From Amoebidium appalachense (taxonomy: Eukaryota; Protista; Ichthyosporea): a stretch of DNA of 64,000 bases. The stretch spans positions 13,858,914 through 13,922,913 of the forward strand of contig CAVNZM010000003.1 of assembly GCA_963693365.1 (NCBI GenBank), in the 5' to 3' direction. The notes beneath the pieces were generated by a model. It was not told the DNA's origin. It did no database searches and saw only the letters and a list, made by a program, of their open reading frames with translations. The translations under genes and the position numbers were made by a program. Within the stretch, counting starts at the first letter, position 1; each line of letters begins with the position of its first letter. Below are positions 63,901 through 64,000 of the stretch, piece by piece.

Positions 63901-64000
63901 CTCGAAGGGGGGAGGGGGGGAAGGGGGAGGGGAAGGGGGGAGGGGGGAGGGGGCGCGGGGATGAATTTGAATTCAACAAGTTAAAACAGTTAACTGTGTG

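Overview
Intron-rich eukaryotic genomic DNA saturated with (CA/TG)n, (CT/AG)n and poly(C)/poly(G) tracts. Almost all long ORFs in the supplied track are microsatellite artefacts. By splicing by hand (GT..AG, phase-consistent) I reconstruct five multi-exon genes: a C2-domain/coiled-coil protein (minus), NCBP2/CBP20, a secreted GH114 glycosidase fused to TSP1, sushi/CCP, Ca-binding EGF and bulb-lectin modules, an orphan 7TM receptor-like protein, and YKT6. There is also one single-exon ORF of unknown function. The domain repertoire suggests a holozoan or other protist, but the organism cannot be fixed from this window. The most unusual non-coding signal is a dispersed family of about 20 5'-truncated retroelement-like 3' ends that abut poly(C). 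They carry a ~160-nt RNA structure with compensatory changes between subfamilies: a pseudoknot, a SECIS/K-turn-like tandem-GA core, and hammerhead-like core words in permuted order. Also notable are 12 of 29 splice acceptors made of (CA)n-CAG with no polypyrimidine tract, a 3.8-kb (CA)n/(C)n array with a ~75-bp period, LINE-like 3' fragments, MITEs and a palindromic minisatellite.
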